DNA from: Deltaproteobacteria bacterium
GTDB taxonomy: Bacteria; Myxococcota; SpSt-1050
Reading direction: 5' to 3'
DNA length: 64,000 bases
NCBI GenBank assembly: GCA_026416535.1
Contig: JAOAFA010000098.1
Span: forward strand, 12,362 to 76,361
Shown piece by piece: positions 18,348-27,975 of this stretch (the stretch's first letter is position 1; each line of letters starts with the position of its first letter). Under the pieces are notes generated by a model. That model did no database searches and was not told the DNA's origin. It saw only the letters and a list, made by a program, of their open reading frames with translations. The position numbers and the translations under genes were made by a program.

Positions 18348-19528
18348 ACTTCAACCTCGAGGTCATCGATGGTATTAATATCAAGTGACTTAACATTCTG
18401 CTCCTTAGGTAGCGGATGCACATAATTTGTCAGAAAAAACTTCCCATTAAGTATCCACGTCTTTAACTCTTGGGCAATCTCCCGAGCCATCTTATAACTA
18501 GAGATTGGAGCAGTTTTAATCTCTTTACCCCTAATAGTGATTGAACCGGATCTAAGTTGTTTGTAATTCACAATCCCAAGAACCGGCCTCTTCCTCCTAC
18601 CAACAGAATAATCTATTACCGGTACATGGATATCTTCATCTCTTACAAGAACATTCTTGAAGATCTTTTCATTTAGTATAGGTATTGGGATTCCCAGTCC
18701 AATGTAAATTGAAACCCCATATCTCTCAAATACAGCAGCTCTAATATATCTTCTACTCATCGTCTTCAAATCACCAATAACTGCTATTGTCCCAGCCCCT
18801 CCAATAGGTATGCCCCTTTCATTTCTTGCAACTGAAGGGGCATGCTGGGTCCCCTCCCACACTATAAATCCCTGAGCACCTCCAAGAAATATTTTAGTTC
18901 CGATACCTATGGTATCATAAAATGGATCATTAATGAGGGGACTAAGCTGTCCAGCAGAACAATATGTAGCATTTGCCATTTTAGGGAATAAAATACCCAT
19001 ATAAGTATAGATAGTCCTATCAGATGTATTTACAGCCACAACATAATTTTGATATGCATTCCTTGGATTAAACAAATAAGCCTGATTTAACATCTTTCGA
19101 TTAATATACGTTTCTATCTCTCTACGAGGATAACAATCCGTAACATAAGAGATCGCCTTTAATTTCACAGGCTTATCAGAGATAAGGTCCTCTATTACAT
19201 GGGCTCCACCATACTCAAACCCCTTTGTCTCCGATAATTCAGTTGCTCCAATATAAACATCCACAGCCGCTATCCCGCCATACGCTGGCACATCATTAAG
19301 CCACACCTTCTGCATTTTAATAGGGGGGTCAGAATGCCCAAAATTGATGAAAGCACCAGAAGAGCACATCGGTCCAAACGTGCCAGTTGTAACTACGTCT
19401 ACCTTTTTAAAAGTATTGTCATATCCGTCTCTTTCGGCCATCTGTATAATTTCCTCAGCCGTAACAACTACTACTTTCCCACTTCTTATTTTTTCATTTA
19501 TCTCCTCTATGGTTCTTTCAAAACCCAT
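18344..19528 (-). CDS. DUF39 homocysteine biosynthesis enzyme (L-aspartate semialdehyde sulfurtransferase-like)
   Basis: RTIEEINEKI, VDVVTTGTFGPMCSSGA, AAVDVYIGA, NPRNAYQNY, TYCSAGQLSPL. Start moved to ATG 19528 (GGGAG upstream). Confidence 0.93.
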   Translation of the reverse strand: MGFERTIEEINEKIRSGKVVVVTAEEIIQMAERDGYDNTFKKVDVVTTGTFGPMCSSGAFINFGHSDPPIKMQKVWLNDVPAYGGIAAVDVYIGATELSETKGFEYGGAHVIEDLISDKPVKLKAISYVTDCYPRREIETYINRKMLNQAYLFNPRNAYQNYVVAVNTSDRTIYTYMGILFPKMANATYCSAGQLSPLINDPFYDTIGIGTKIFLGGAQGFIVWEGTQHAPSVARNERGIPIGGAGTIAVIGDLKTMSRRYIRAAVFERYGVSIYIGLGIPIPILNEKIFKNVLVRDEDIHVPVIDYSVGRRKRPVLGIVNYKQLRSGSITIRGKEIKTAPISSYKMAREIAQELKTWILNGKFFLTNYVHPLPKEQNVKSLDINTIDDLEVEV

Positions 19529-19716
19529 AAAAAGATCTCCCATCTTTAGGCATGAAAGATATAAAACAACTATCTACCTAAGTCAAACCAAAAAGATACT
19601 TAGTTTCAAAAAGCAATGCCCAAAAAGTTAAATGGGAGTAATGAATCATTACGCAGATGTTTATTTAGTTAAAGACATAGGAATGCCACGAATGTTTATA
19701 CAATCTATACAAAAAC

Positions 19717-19745
19717 TTGACTTATAAACAAATTAAAAATAAGAT
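19717..19745 (+). promoter_or_regulatory. Sigma70-type promoter of the hybrid kinase gene (probably leaderless)
   Basis: TTGACT (19717-19722), 17 bp, TAAGAT (19740-19745); ATG at 19753 with no Shine-Dalgarno. Confidence 0.6.
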
Positions 19746-19752
19746 TTTTACT

Positions 19753-22698
19753 ATGGGAAAAAAGGAAAAGACAGCACTTGTGGTTCTTCTGGGGTTAGTT
19801 ACAACATGGATTACCTTTATTTTGATAGGACTTCCAGTAGGGACAAAGGCCATATTCAGGGAAGTGGGTATTGTAACAGTCCTTATCGCTTTCCTAATCT
19901 ATTACAACTTCTCATTTCTCAAAAAATGGAGAGAAAGGATTAAAAACTCCGATTCTATTGAAACAGCCTTAGCAAAATACAACTATTTTGCATTTTGTAC
20001 TTCTGAAGAAGAGATCATCATATATTGTAATGAAAAATTTCTAAATACGTTAGGCTACGGTGACATTATATTTGTAGCAGGAAAACATTTAAGTGAAATA
20101 TTTAAAAAAGATACCTTCATCGAGATTGAAAAATTTCTAAATAGTCAAGACAAAGATGTTATAAAATACCTAACTGGGTATATCTTTAGCAAATCAAGAA
20201 CTTATATTTATACTAATATTATCGTTCAAAAGTTTATAATAAGAGGCAGAAGATACGAACATATTGCAGTTATAGACTCAGAATTTTTTAATCTACTAGC
20301 GACATATCTTCCTAAAAACCTTATACAGATATTGGATAGTATAGAAGATGCTATTATCTACTTAGACCAAAATCAAAATATAAGATGGCTAAACAAATCA
20401 GGTGAAAGGTTTCTAAACTCGAAACCGTTGGAAACAATCATAGGCAAGAGATGTTATGAAGTTTTTTACTCAAAAGACACTTTTTGTGAAAATTGCCCAG
20501 TACAAAAGACACTAAATACTGGCGAATCAACGGAAACTGAGATACAACTCTTAGATGGCAGGCACCTACTTGTGAAAAGCGAACCCGTGAAGGATAAGTC
20601 CGGAGAAATAAAAGGTATAACTAAAATAATTAGAGATATTACTCAACAGAAGGAAGAAGAAATAAGGAAAATAGAAACGGAGTCAAGGCTTGCCCTTATA
20701 ACAGAACAATTACCTACTCTAATATGGACTGTTGATGACAATCTGAAAGTAACATACCTAAATGGCACAGTCCTAAATTATCTAAAGATTTCTAAGGATG
20801 ATTTAATAGGGAAGACCTTGTTTGAACTGTTTAATACTACAGATCCTGAACATCCTGTTATAAAACATGCTCTGCTCGCTATGACTGGGGAATCCGGTTC
20901 TTATCAAATAAAGGTAATGAATAGACACTACATTGTTTATTATAGACCTTTTATCAATTATGAAGGAAAGATCAGCGGATGTGCTGGTGTTTCACAAGAC
21001 ATAACAGATCTCATTGATATACAAAAGGAGCTTGAGGAAAGGAACAAAATACTGGCACTTATAGGTAATATAAACAAAGTTATATCCCGTTCAAAGACAG
21101 AAGAACAAATGATAGAAGATCTCATAAAACTCTTTGGTCAAGAAGGGAATATAAAAAATGTATTTTATGTCGTCAAAGATGATGAAAAAGACCTATTAGT
21201 TATAAACAAAGCCCTTAGAGATGACGAATTATCCGCTTTTTTAAATTCTACCAAAATCACAGAAAATGATAAAACAAATAATCCACTAACACTATGTTAT
21301 TTAGATTTGGAAATTGAAACCATCAACAACGTAGAATCATCAAATATAGAATCCACCCTTAAATCCTTACTAATTAAAAATGGTTATAAATCAATCATAT
21401 TTATTCCAATCATCGTCGATCAAAGGATTCATTCCATTTTTTGCATCGCTTCAGATAAAAAAGATTTTTTCAAAAATGCTGAATATTTTAAAAGCATAGC
21501 ATCTGATGTGAGTGTTGCCACATCTAATTTTGCACTACTAAGAAGGCAAAGGGAAAATGAAGAGGCTATAAAGAAAAATCAGTTAATGCTCACAAAGGCC
21601 CAAAAATATGAATATATCTCGCGATTTGCTACTCAATTAGCCCATGACTTTAATAATCTCTTGTTTAGTATAAAAAGCTATATCGAAATTATAAGATCAA
21701 ACATAGATCCAAATAGCAAAATAGAAGAATACCTAAACCGAATAGATTCTTCTATTACAAAAGGTAGTCAATTAGCATCATATGTTATGTTATACTCACA
21801 CTTCGAGCCACTAAATAAAAAAGAGCTTCAAATTCTGGATCTATATGAAACCGCTTATCAAAAAATTTCTAGTATAATACAAGAAAAGTCTGGAAAATTA
21901 CTGAGTGCGAATAAATGCCCTGAGGATACAAATATCTTGTGCGACAAAGACAAACTTTGCGAGGCAATAGAAATCTGTACAAGATATATTATAAACAGAA
22001 GTTTATTCGATTCACAGATATATTTCTTTATCTCTAGTACAGATAGAGATAAAAATACAAAAAATGACTACGAGAAAGAAATGATAAAAATTGAAATTAT
22101 GACAGATAGTCCTATCTCAGAAGACATATTAACTAACGACATCTTTGAAATAAGATTACCAAATGAAATAGCTGAACAACTAGACATCAAATTACCCATA
22201 ATAAACAAAATTATAAGGCTTCATGGTGGATATATATATACTGATAAAGTTAAAGACAAAATCGGATTTGTCATAATTTTACCCAAACTTGAAGATACAT
22301 CGAAGGAGCTTGATAAAAGGCCATATTTGGCTAACAAAGCGAAAAATATCCTTATTGTAGAAGATGACCCTTATGTAAAACAACCCTTGGAGATATTCTT
22401 TAAAGACCTTAAATGTAACATCTTAACGGCATCGAACGGTCTAGAGGCACTCAGGTTAGCCAGAATGATTAACTATGATATTCATTTACTGATTACAGAT
22501 ATAGAAATGCCTATAATAGACGGCATAGCGCTTTCTGAGGAGATTTACAAAAATAATAACAACATGAAGATAATCTACATATCGGGTTATGTAAAAGATT
22601 TTGCCTCTAAAGAAGGGAGACTTATACCAAATTCTTATTTTCTCCAAAAGCCATTTCATCTTGAGAGTCTAAAGAAAATAGTATTAAGTTTATTGTAG
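19753..22698 (+). CDS. Membrane-anchored PAS-PAS-PAS-GAF hybrid sensor histidine kinase/receiver with degenerate HATPase domain
   Basis: Two N-terminal TMs, PAS motifs (RDIT, QDIT), GAF-like segment, H-box AHDFNNLL, receiver LIVEDD...ITDIEMP...ISGY...QKPF. Start moved to ATG 19753. Confidence 0.88.
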   Translation: MGKKEKTALVVLLGLVTTWITFILIGLPVGTKAIFREVGIVTVLIAFLIYYNFSFLKKWRERIKNSDSIETALAKYNYFAFCTSEEEIIIYCNEKFLNTLGYGDIIFVAGKHLSEIFKKDTFIEIEKFLNSQDKDVIKYLTGYIFSKSRTYIYTNIIVQKFIIRGRRYEHIAVIDSEFFNLLATYLPKNLIQILDSIEDAIIYLDQNQNIRWLNKSGERFLNSKPLETIIGKRCYEVFYSKDTFCENCPVQKTLNTGESTETEIQLLDGRHLLVKSEPVKDKSGEIKGITKIIRDITQQKEEEIRKIETESRLALITEQLPTLIWTVDDNLKVTYLNGTVLNYLKISKDDLIGKTLFELFNTTDPEHPVIKHALLAMTGESGSYQIKVMNRHYIVYYRPFINYEGKISGCAGVSQDITDLIDIQKELEERNKILALIGNINKVISRSKTEEQMIEDLIKLFGQEGNIKNVFYVVKDDEKDLLVINKALRDDELSAFLNSTKITENDKTNNPLTLCYLDLEIETINNVESSNIESTLKSLLIKNGYKSIIFIPIIVDQRIHSIFCIASDKKDFFKNAEYFKSIASDVSVATSNFALLRRQRENEEAIKKNQLMLTKAQKYEYISRFATQLAHDFNNLLFSIKSYIEIIRSNIDPNSKIEEYLNRIDSSITKGSQLASYVMLYSHFEPLNKKELQILDLYETAYQKISSIIQEKSGKLLSANKCPEDTNILCDKDKLCEAIEICTRYIINRSLFDSQIYFFISSTDRDKNTKNDYEKEMIKIEIMTDSPISEDILTNDIFEIRLPNEIAEQLDIKLPIINKIIRLHGGYIYTDKVKDKIGFVIILPKLEDTSKELDKRPYLANKAKNILIVEDDPYVKQPLEIFFKDLKCNILTASNGLEALRLARMINYDIHLLITDIEMPIIDGIALSEEIYKNNNNMKIIYISGYVKDFASKEGRLIPNSYFLQKPFHLESLKKIVLSLL

Positions 22699-22700
22699 AT

Positions 22701-23750
22701 CTAGCCAACAATATTTAACATTCTACTTAAAGCCTCTCTGGAGTACTCCTTTATATCATCAGGCAATTCAACACGATTTTTATTAGGAATATTCTCGAGT
22801 GTAACTTTGAGTTTTGACAGGGTTATTTTAAACATGTTTGGACACATAGAGCGTGCAAGCTCAAATATATTTCTATCCTTATAAATATTTGCGAGCCTTC
22901 TAACAAGATTCAACTCGGTTCCTATAATAATAGTCGAATTGACAGGAGATTCTCTAACGTACCTTACGATATACTCTGTTGAACCACTGGCATCAGCATT
23001 GTCTACCACTTCAGGTTTACATTCTGGATGAACAACAATTCGGCACCCCTTAAATTTCCTTCTAGCCTCTAACACATGTTCTCTTGTAAAGAATGTGTGA
23101 ACATGGCAATATCCCTTCCATAACACAAAATCTTTTTTTCTCAACTCATCAGCTTTATTTCCACCCAATGGAAGAGAGAAATCCCAAAATGCAATATTTT
23201 CCAAACCTCTACCAAGTCTTTTATAAGTATTAAACCCTAGATATTCATCAGGTATAAATATTACCTTCTTGCCCATTGAAAAGACATGCGATATTATTTT
23301 ATCAGCATTAGAGGACGTGCATATTATCCCACCACGCCTACCTGCAATGGATTTTACCTCAGCAGAGCTGTTCATATAGACAACAGGTACAAATGCATCT
23401 TTTCCCCAGACATCATCAAGTTCATTAAATGCCCTAATAACATCTCCACTCTCAGACATGTCAGCCATAGGACATCCTGAGAAGGGATCTGGGTGAAATA
23501 CTCTCTGAGAATCTCTTCTCAAAATCTCTGCACTCTCAGCCATAAATCTCACGCCGCAAAATACTATATATTTAGCTTCTGATTGGAAAGCCTTTTTGCA
23601 CAGTAAATAAGAATCTCCTACTTCATCACCTAATTCAACTATTTCTGGGCGCTGATAATGATGCGTTAGAATAATGAGCTCTCCCCCCAGTTCCTTTTTG
23701 ATCTTCTTTATATCGTCAATAAGTTTATCTGCTTCCAAATCCATATTCAC
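22701..23750 (-). CDS. nadA: Quinolinate synthase
   Basis: THHYQRPE, GDSY, FCGVRFMAE, GCPMAD, YMNSSA, CTSSNA, GYCHVH, VHPEC, CPNM. Confidence 0.96.
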   Translation of the reverse strand: MNMDLEADKLIDDIKKIKKELGGELIILTHHYQRPEIVELGDEVGDSYLLCKKAFQSEAKYIVFCGVRFMAESAEILRRDSQRVFHPDPFSGCPMADMSESGDVIRAFNELDDVWGKDAFVPVVYMNSSAEVKSIAGRRGGIICTSSNADKIISHVFSMGKKVIFIPDEYLGFNTYKRLGRGLENIAFWDFSLPLGGNKADELRKKDFVLWKGYCHVHTFFTREHVLEARRKFKGCRIVVHPECKPEVVDNADASGSTEYIVRYVRESPVNSTIIIGTELNLVRRLANIYKDRNIFELARSMCPNMFKITLSKLKVTLENIPNKNRVELPDDIKEYSREALSRMLNIVG

Positions 23751-25255
23751 TTCTGAAAGGAACTAGCAACAATAGAAACCTCAATATTCGATTCATAAGG
23801 ATCGTTTGATTCAATTACTATTTTCCCCCTATGCTGTCCAAAAGAAGTCGGTTTATACCTTATAGTCAATTTAGTTGATTCGTTATTATTAAGAGTATAA
23901 GGTGTACTCTTTTCTGATTCCATCTCTATCATTCCACCTCCATTGTCAACAAGCTCTACTCTTGTAACTATAAGTGGGGCATCTCCTATATTTCTGATAA
24001 CAAAACCATTATAATCAAAACAACAACAATCCATCGTACACCCGGAGGCACATGTAGGCTCAGAGGCATTATAAGGAGTCTTACATCCAAGTTGAATTGT
24101 TACAGCACCTGTTACATCAATCTTTGGGAAAGGCGTTCTACTCTTTATATTTACATAAGCTATGTAGTGGTTGTCGGCATCTCTGTCTACAAGTTGCGGG
24201 TCATTACAATGAACCTGGAGCTTACTATTAATAGTCCCTTCTCTATTCTTAGGCGCAAATGTTACAGTGTATTTTGTAGAGCTTTGTGGTGCAATCGTCT
24301 TTTGCACATTATGATCAGTTACACTTAGGTATTTACTAGAAAGCTCAGAAAAATCCAGGTAATAGATAATGAGGTCTTTATTACCTTTATTATAAACAAC
24401 AAAATCCTTTGAACTAGACTGATTTACCTCAACACCTCCGAAATCAATATCAGAGGGTTCTATCCTTATCAAAGGTGAAACCCCTTCACCCTTAACAGGT
24501 ATGTCTATCCTAGGTAGATCCTTAGAGTTATTTTCAAACCTAAGAACACCCTTATCTTCTCCTATATCCGTAGGAACATATATGAGTGTAAAAGTAACCT
24601 CCTGTTCCGGGTTAAGCTCCAGGGGAGTTGTTGGTATTGAATTCAGATAAATATCTGTTGAATTCCCATTAGGAGTATATCCCGCCGAATTTATAACGAG
24701 CTTATCCGTCCCTGTATTTTTTACTATTATGTCTCTTGTAGCCTTAGAATAAACATCTACCTTGCCAAAATCTATTATATCCACTGGATTAACCTCAATA
24801 GAAGCCTTAATCCCCTTTCCTGACAATTTTACCTCTCTTTGAGGAGCATCTTTCAAGTTCGTACTTATTATAAGAACATCCTCATCAAGTGGAGGAGCAG
24901 GTTCAACTGGTCTATAATAAATCTTAAACGTAATGGAAGAACCAGACAAGAGTGAAATCCTACCATTACTGAAACCATTTATACTTTCTATCGGATCCAC
25001 CTTGAATGTACTTGCTTGCCCACTTATAGATATAGATGAAATCACTATCTCTGTTTCTCCCTGATTTTTCAACTCAACATCAGCAGATACCTCCTTTGTT
25101 ACTGTCACTTCACCAAAATAGAAGGAATCTGATATCTCCTTACCATTTATGAAAATTGCTAATTTAGAGGAGAGTTCTCCTAAGCTCGAATCATCGCACT
25201 GACATCCTATTATGATCAATGTTGCAATAAGAAAAGTTAAAGTCCTTCTTGTCAT
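23747..25255 (-). CDS. Lipoprotein with about four ASH / choice-of-anchor D Ig-like domains
   Basis: Lipobox IIGC; repeated DFG-V...KNxG...L-I...YxP units; Cys-rich insert in the last repeat. Confidence 0.75.
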   Translation of the reverse strand: MTRRTLTFLIATLIIIGCQCDDSSLGELSSKLAIFINGKEISDSFYFGEVTVTKEVSADVELKNQGETEIVISSISISGQASTFKVDPIESINGFSNGRISLLSGSSITFKIYYRPVEPAPPLDEDVLIISTNLKDAPQREVKLSGKGIKASIEVNPVDIIDFGKVDVYSKATRDIIVKNTGTDKLVINSAGYTPNGNSTDIYLNSIPTTPLELNPEQEVTFTLIYVPTDIGEDKGVLRFENNSKDLPRIDIPVKGEGVSPLIRIEPSDIDFGGVEVNQSSSKDFVVYNKGNKDLIIYYLDFSELSSKYLSVTDHNVQKTIAPQSSTKYTVTFAPKNREGTINSKLQVHCNDPQLVDRDADNHYIAYVNIKSRTPFPKIDVTGAVTIQLGCKTPYNASEPTCASGCTMDCCCFDYNGFVIRNIGDAPLIVTRVELVDNGGGMIEMESEKSTPYTLNNNESTKLTIRYKPTSFGQHRGKIVIESNDPYESNIEVSIVASSFQK

Positions 25256-25260
25256 CTATC

Positions 25261-25593
25261 CTACCTCTTTTTTATTTGTTCATTGATATAATCAGATATG
25301 GCTTTTCTCTGCTGTTCTGTTAGATCTAAGAATTTAACACCCATCCCAAGACCCTCACTATCATTCGGAAGATTGACAATTTCACCTCTTACTTGGATAG
25401 GCTCTGATTGATTTGGAAGTGTAAATTTTAGATTTACAATTGTCCCTTTAGGATGCGGTACAGTCCTCTCAAAAAATAATCCTCCCTCACTTATGTTCGC
25501 AGTCCGCTGATAATAAAGTTCACCATCTCTGGATTCCTCAACCCATATATCAATAGGAACCCTTATTGATGATCTCTTCTCTTCTATGCCCAT
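25261..25593 (-). CDS. Stand-alone PilZ domain protein (myxobacterial TIGR02266-like)
   Basis: RSSIR (RxxxR), NISEGG (D/NxSxxG), GMGVKF. Start moved to ATG 25593 (GGAGG RBS) because the longer ORF runs into the tRNA. Confidence 0.9.
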   Translation of the reverse strand: MGIEEKRSSIRVPIDIWVEESRDGELYYQRTANISEGGLFFERTVPHPKGTIVNLKFTLPNQSEPIQVRGEIVNLPNDSEGLGMGVKFLDLTEQQRKAISDYINEQIKKR

Positions 25594-25623
25594 ATCAAAC
25601 CTCCAAGTAGTACGTATATAAAA

Positions 25624-25697
25624 CGGGCGATACAGGGCTCGAACCTGCAACCTTCGGCTCCGGAGGCCAATGCTCTATCCAATTGAGCTAATCGCCC
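25624..25697 (-). tRNA. tRNA-Arg(CCG)
   Basis: Minus strand GGGCGATTAGCTCAATTGGATAGAGCATTGGCCTCCGGAGCCGAAGGTTGCAGGTTCGAGCCCTGTATCGCCCG folds as a cloverleaf: acceptor GGGCGAT/ATCGCCC, anticodon loop CT-CCG-GA, TTCGA T-loop; CCA not encoded. Confidence 0.95.
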
Positions 25698-25705
25698 GAA
25701 AAAAC

Positions 25706-27700
25706 TCAACGAACTCTCAACCGCCATTGAACAACCTCAGATTTGTTTGATAGAGATGAATCATCAACCGCATAAACCTGGATTGTTATTACCTGATTAG
25801 AAACAAGAGAATCGGGGATATTAAAGCTAAATATCACTTCATCGCTCTTCTTATTTATCAACAACTTTTTAAAATCATTATAAGGACTAATAATATTTGC
25901 ATTAACCTCGGAAACAAAACTATTTTTATCTTCTACTTTAACCGTCAATTCTAATGTAGAACCGGGATCCACATATGAATTATAAACAGGGGATATTACG
26001 TTCACAATAGGCTTCACATTATCAATTACCTTTACTTGTATAGTATCAGATTTACCTTCATTATTAGCAGTATCAACTGCAGTGGCCACAATTGAAAGTG
26101 TCCCTTCGGCTATTTCACTAAAAAGTTTGTAACTAAAATCTTTAGTAATGGATCTCTGCGGGATAGGCAGTTCGTAGGTTTCTTCTACATCTACCCCTTC
26201 TATCCCTTCTATGTGATATGAAATAGACTTAATTGATAGATTCGAGGATTGGCTAAAAATAGTCATATTTATAATAGATAAGGGATAAAACACATCCCCA
26301 TTAGATGGAGAGAGTATTTTGACCACAGGCCTTGGATTTACAACATTGACCCTAACAGGACTAGATGTGCCCTTCGTTTCAGACTCTGAATTATCGGTTG
26401 CCTCCACGTATATTATTAATTGATCACCAGCCTTAAGGTTAGACGGGATAATAAAATCGAAATTAAAACTTACTAGTGGTTGGGGTGGAGCAATAGAGAT
26501 CTTTCTTTCCTCGGAATGAGCACCTGAAATTCTCAAGGTAATCTCTTTTATTTGATACCTTCCCGAAGTGGCTGTTCCGTAAATGGAGATCTTATCACCT
26601 ATAGAAAAAGATGCATTATCTTGTGGAGAAATTATTACTACTTTTGGCACGTCAGTTACAGAGGCGAAAAGCCTAAGTTCTACAGCATTTTCTATAGAAC
26701 CATGCTTTGGATTATTTGTATCTTCAGCCCATGCATATATAGAAAAACTCTCTCCATTTTTAAGTTTATCAGGGACAATAAAGCTAAATTCTTCTTCAAC
26801 CACTCTTTTCTTGTTTACAACATCAATTACATTTACCTGTTCATTGTAAGAAAAATAATAATACACCTTATCAACAAGAGAACAATCATCCTCTGCTTTG
26901 AGTTTTACATCAATCTTTTCATTGATCGAGACAAAAGAACCATAGGCAGGACTAATAAACGTTAAAACTGGTGCATTCTCATCGAATGGGTGCCCATTTA
27001 TCTTTAACAAAAGTCTCTTTTCCACAAAATTTACCTGCAAAGAGCCATCATATACTCTTAAAAGTAGTTGAACAACACCACAATTTCTTTTAGGAGCAAC
27101 CAATCTGTACCTCCTACTAACGTATTTTTCATCTACCTTTTCAGAAATCTTTGTAGTAATATAGTTGCTTAAATCCATAAGTTCTATTTTACTTATTCCT
27201 GAGTTTAAATCCTGGGCCTCCACGAGGATAGAGAATGTAGAATCTGAATATATTATATCAGAGGGAGATTGGTCTTTTTCAAATTTAATGATCTGAGGCG
27301 GAGACATATCTAAGATCCTAACTATAACGACATTAGAAACAACGAACAACCCTTCATTCGTCTCAGCTATAACTTTACAGAAAATACTCTCCTCATTCGA
27401 ATCTTTATCAACTGTAAAATTTGTTATCTCCACCTGGTAAGGAGGTGTGCGATTTTGAACACCTGCAATGTCGAAAAACCTCTTACCGGCTATAAACACC
27501 ATATTTCTCAACGGGGCCAATCCATCAACTTTTAGAGTAAATTTAATCGTCTCCCCGGGTATTGCGGAAATAATGAGATCCTTTGACTCCGGTATCAGCT
27601 TCAACACATATTTATCCTCTTCCTTTCCTTCCTTTAATTCCGCATTAATACAAGAAAAAACTCCTATCACTACCACACATATAGCAATAAACTTTTTCAT
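25706..27700 (-). CDS. Exported (probable lipoprotein) multi-Ig-like-domain protein
   Basis: Start moved to ATG 27700 (MKKF, lipobox-like VFSC). About five repeats of D-x-x-P-x-V-x-I-I-S-P...A-x-D typical of bacterial Ig-like domains. Confidence 0.7.
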   Translation of the reverse strand: MKKFIAICVVVIGVFSCINAELKEGKEEDKYVLKLIPESKDLIISAIPGETIKFTLKVDGLAPLRNMVFIAGKRFFDIAGVQNRTPPYQVEITNFTVDKDSNEESIFCKVIAETNEGLFVVSNVVIVRILDMSPPQIIKFEKDQSPSDIIYSDSTFSILVEAQDLNSGISKIELMDLSNYITTKISEKVDEKYVSRRYRLVAPKRNCGVVQLLLRVYDGSLQVNFVEKRLLLKINGHPFDENAPVLTFISPAYGSFVSINEKIDVKLKAEDDCSLVDKVYYYFSYNEQVNVIDVVNKKRVVEEEFSFIVPDKLKNGESFSIYAWAEDTNNPKHGSIENAVELRLFASVTDVPKVVIISPQDNASFSIGDKISIYGTATSGRYQIKEITLRISGAHSEERKISIAPPQPLVSFNFDFIIPSNLKAGDQLIIYVEATDNSESETKGTSSPVRVNVVNPRPVVKILSPSNGDVFYPLSIINMTIFSQSSNLSIKSISYHIEGIEGVDVEETYELPIPQRSITKDFSYKLFSEIAEGTLSIVATAVDTANNEGKSDTIQVKVIDNVKPIVNVISPVYNSYVDPGSTLELTVKVEDKNSFVSEVNANIISPYNDFKKLLINKKSDEVIFSFNIPDSLVSNQVITIQVYAVDDSSLSNKSEVVQWRLRVR

Positions 27701-27975
27701 CAGACCACCTCTCTGAGCTAATAATAGCAAAATAACTATGTAAATCAACAATAAAATTCACAACTGCTAAGGTAATAGTAGGAGAAAGAAAACTCAAGTT
27801 AAATTCTCTATTTTATTCTCTTCCTTTTCAAAACTAAGACTCCATAAAAGCCTTTTAAGGGTTTTTGGATTCATCATTGAAATTAAATTAGATTAATAAG
27901 ATCCCAATTCATACCAAAAATAGGAAAAAAGGAGAAACACTTGAGGTTACCCCGAAGAAGATAGAGCTAAAATAC

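Noticed and set aside
25594-25650. N-terminal extension of the PilZ ORF (MQVRALYRPF...)
   Set aside because: It overlaps the tRNA-Arg; ATG 25593 has a GGAGG RBS.
27841-27869. Imperfect hairpin as terminator of the DOMON operon
   Set aside because: The stem is AT-rich with mismatches, lacks a clean U-tract on the minus strand and lies over 100 bp from the stop.
25624-27975. tRNA as the integration site of a genomic island
   Set aside because: No integrase, no duplicated tRNA 3' end and no visible composition shift.
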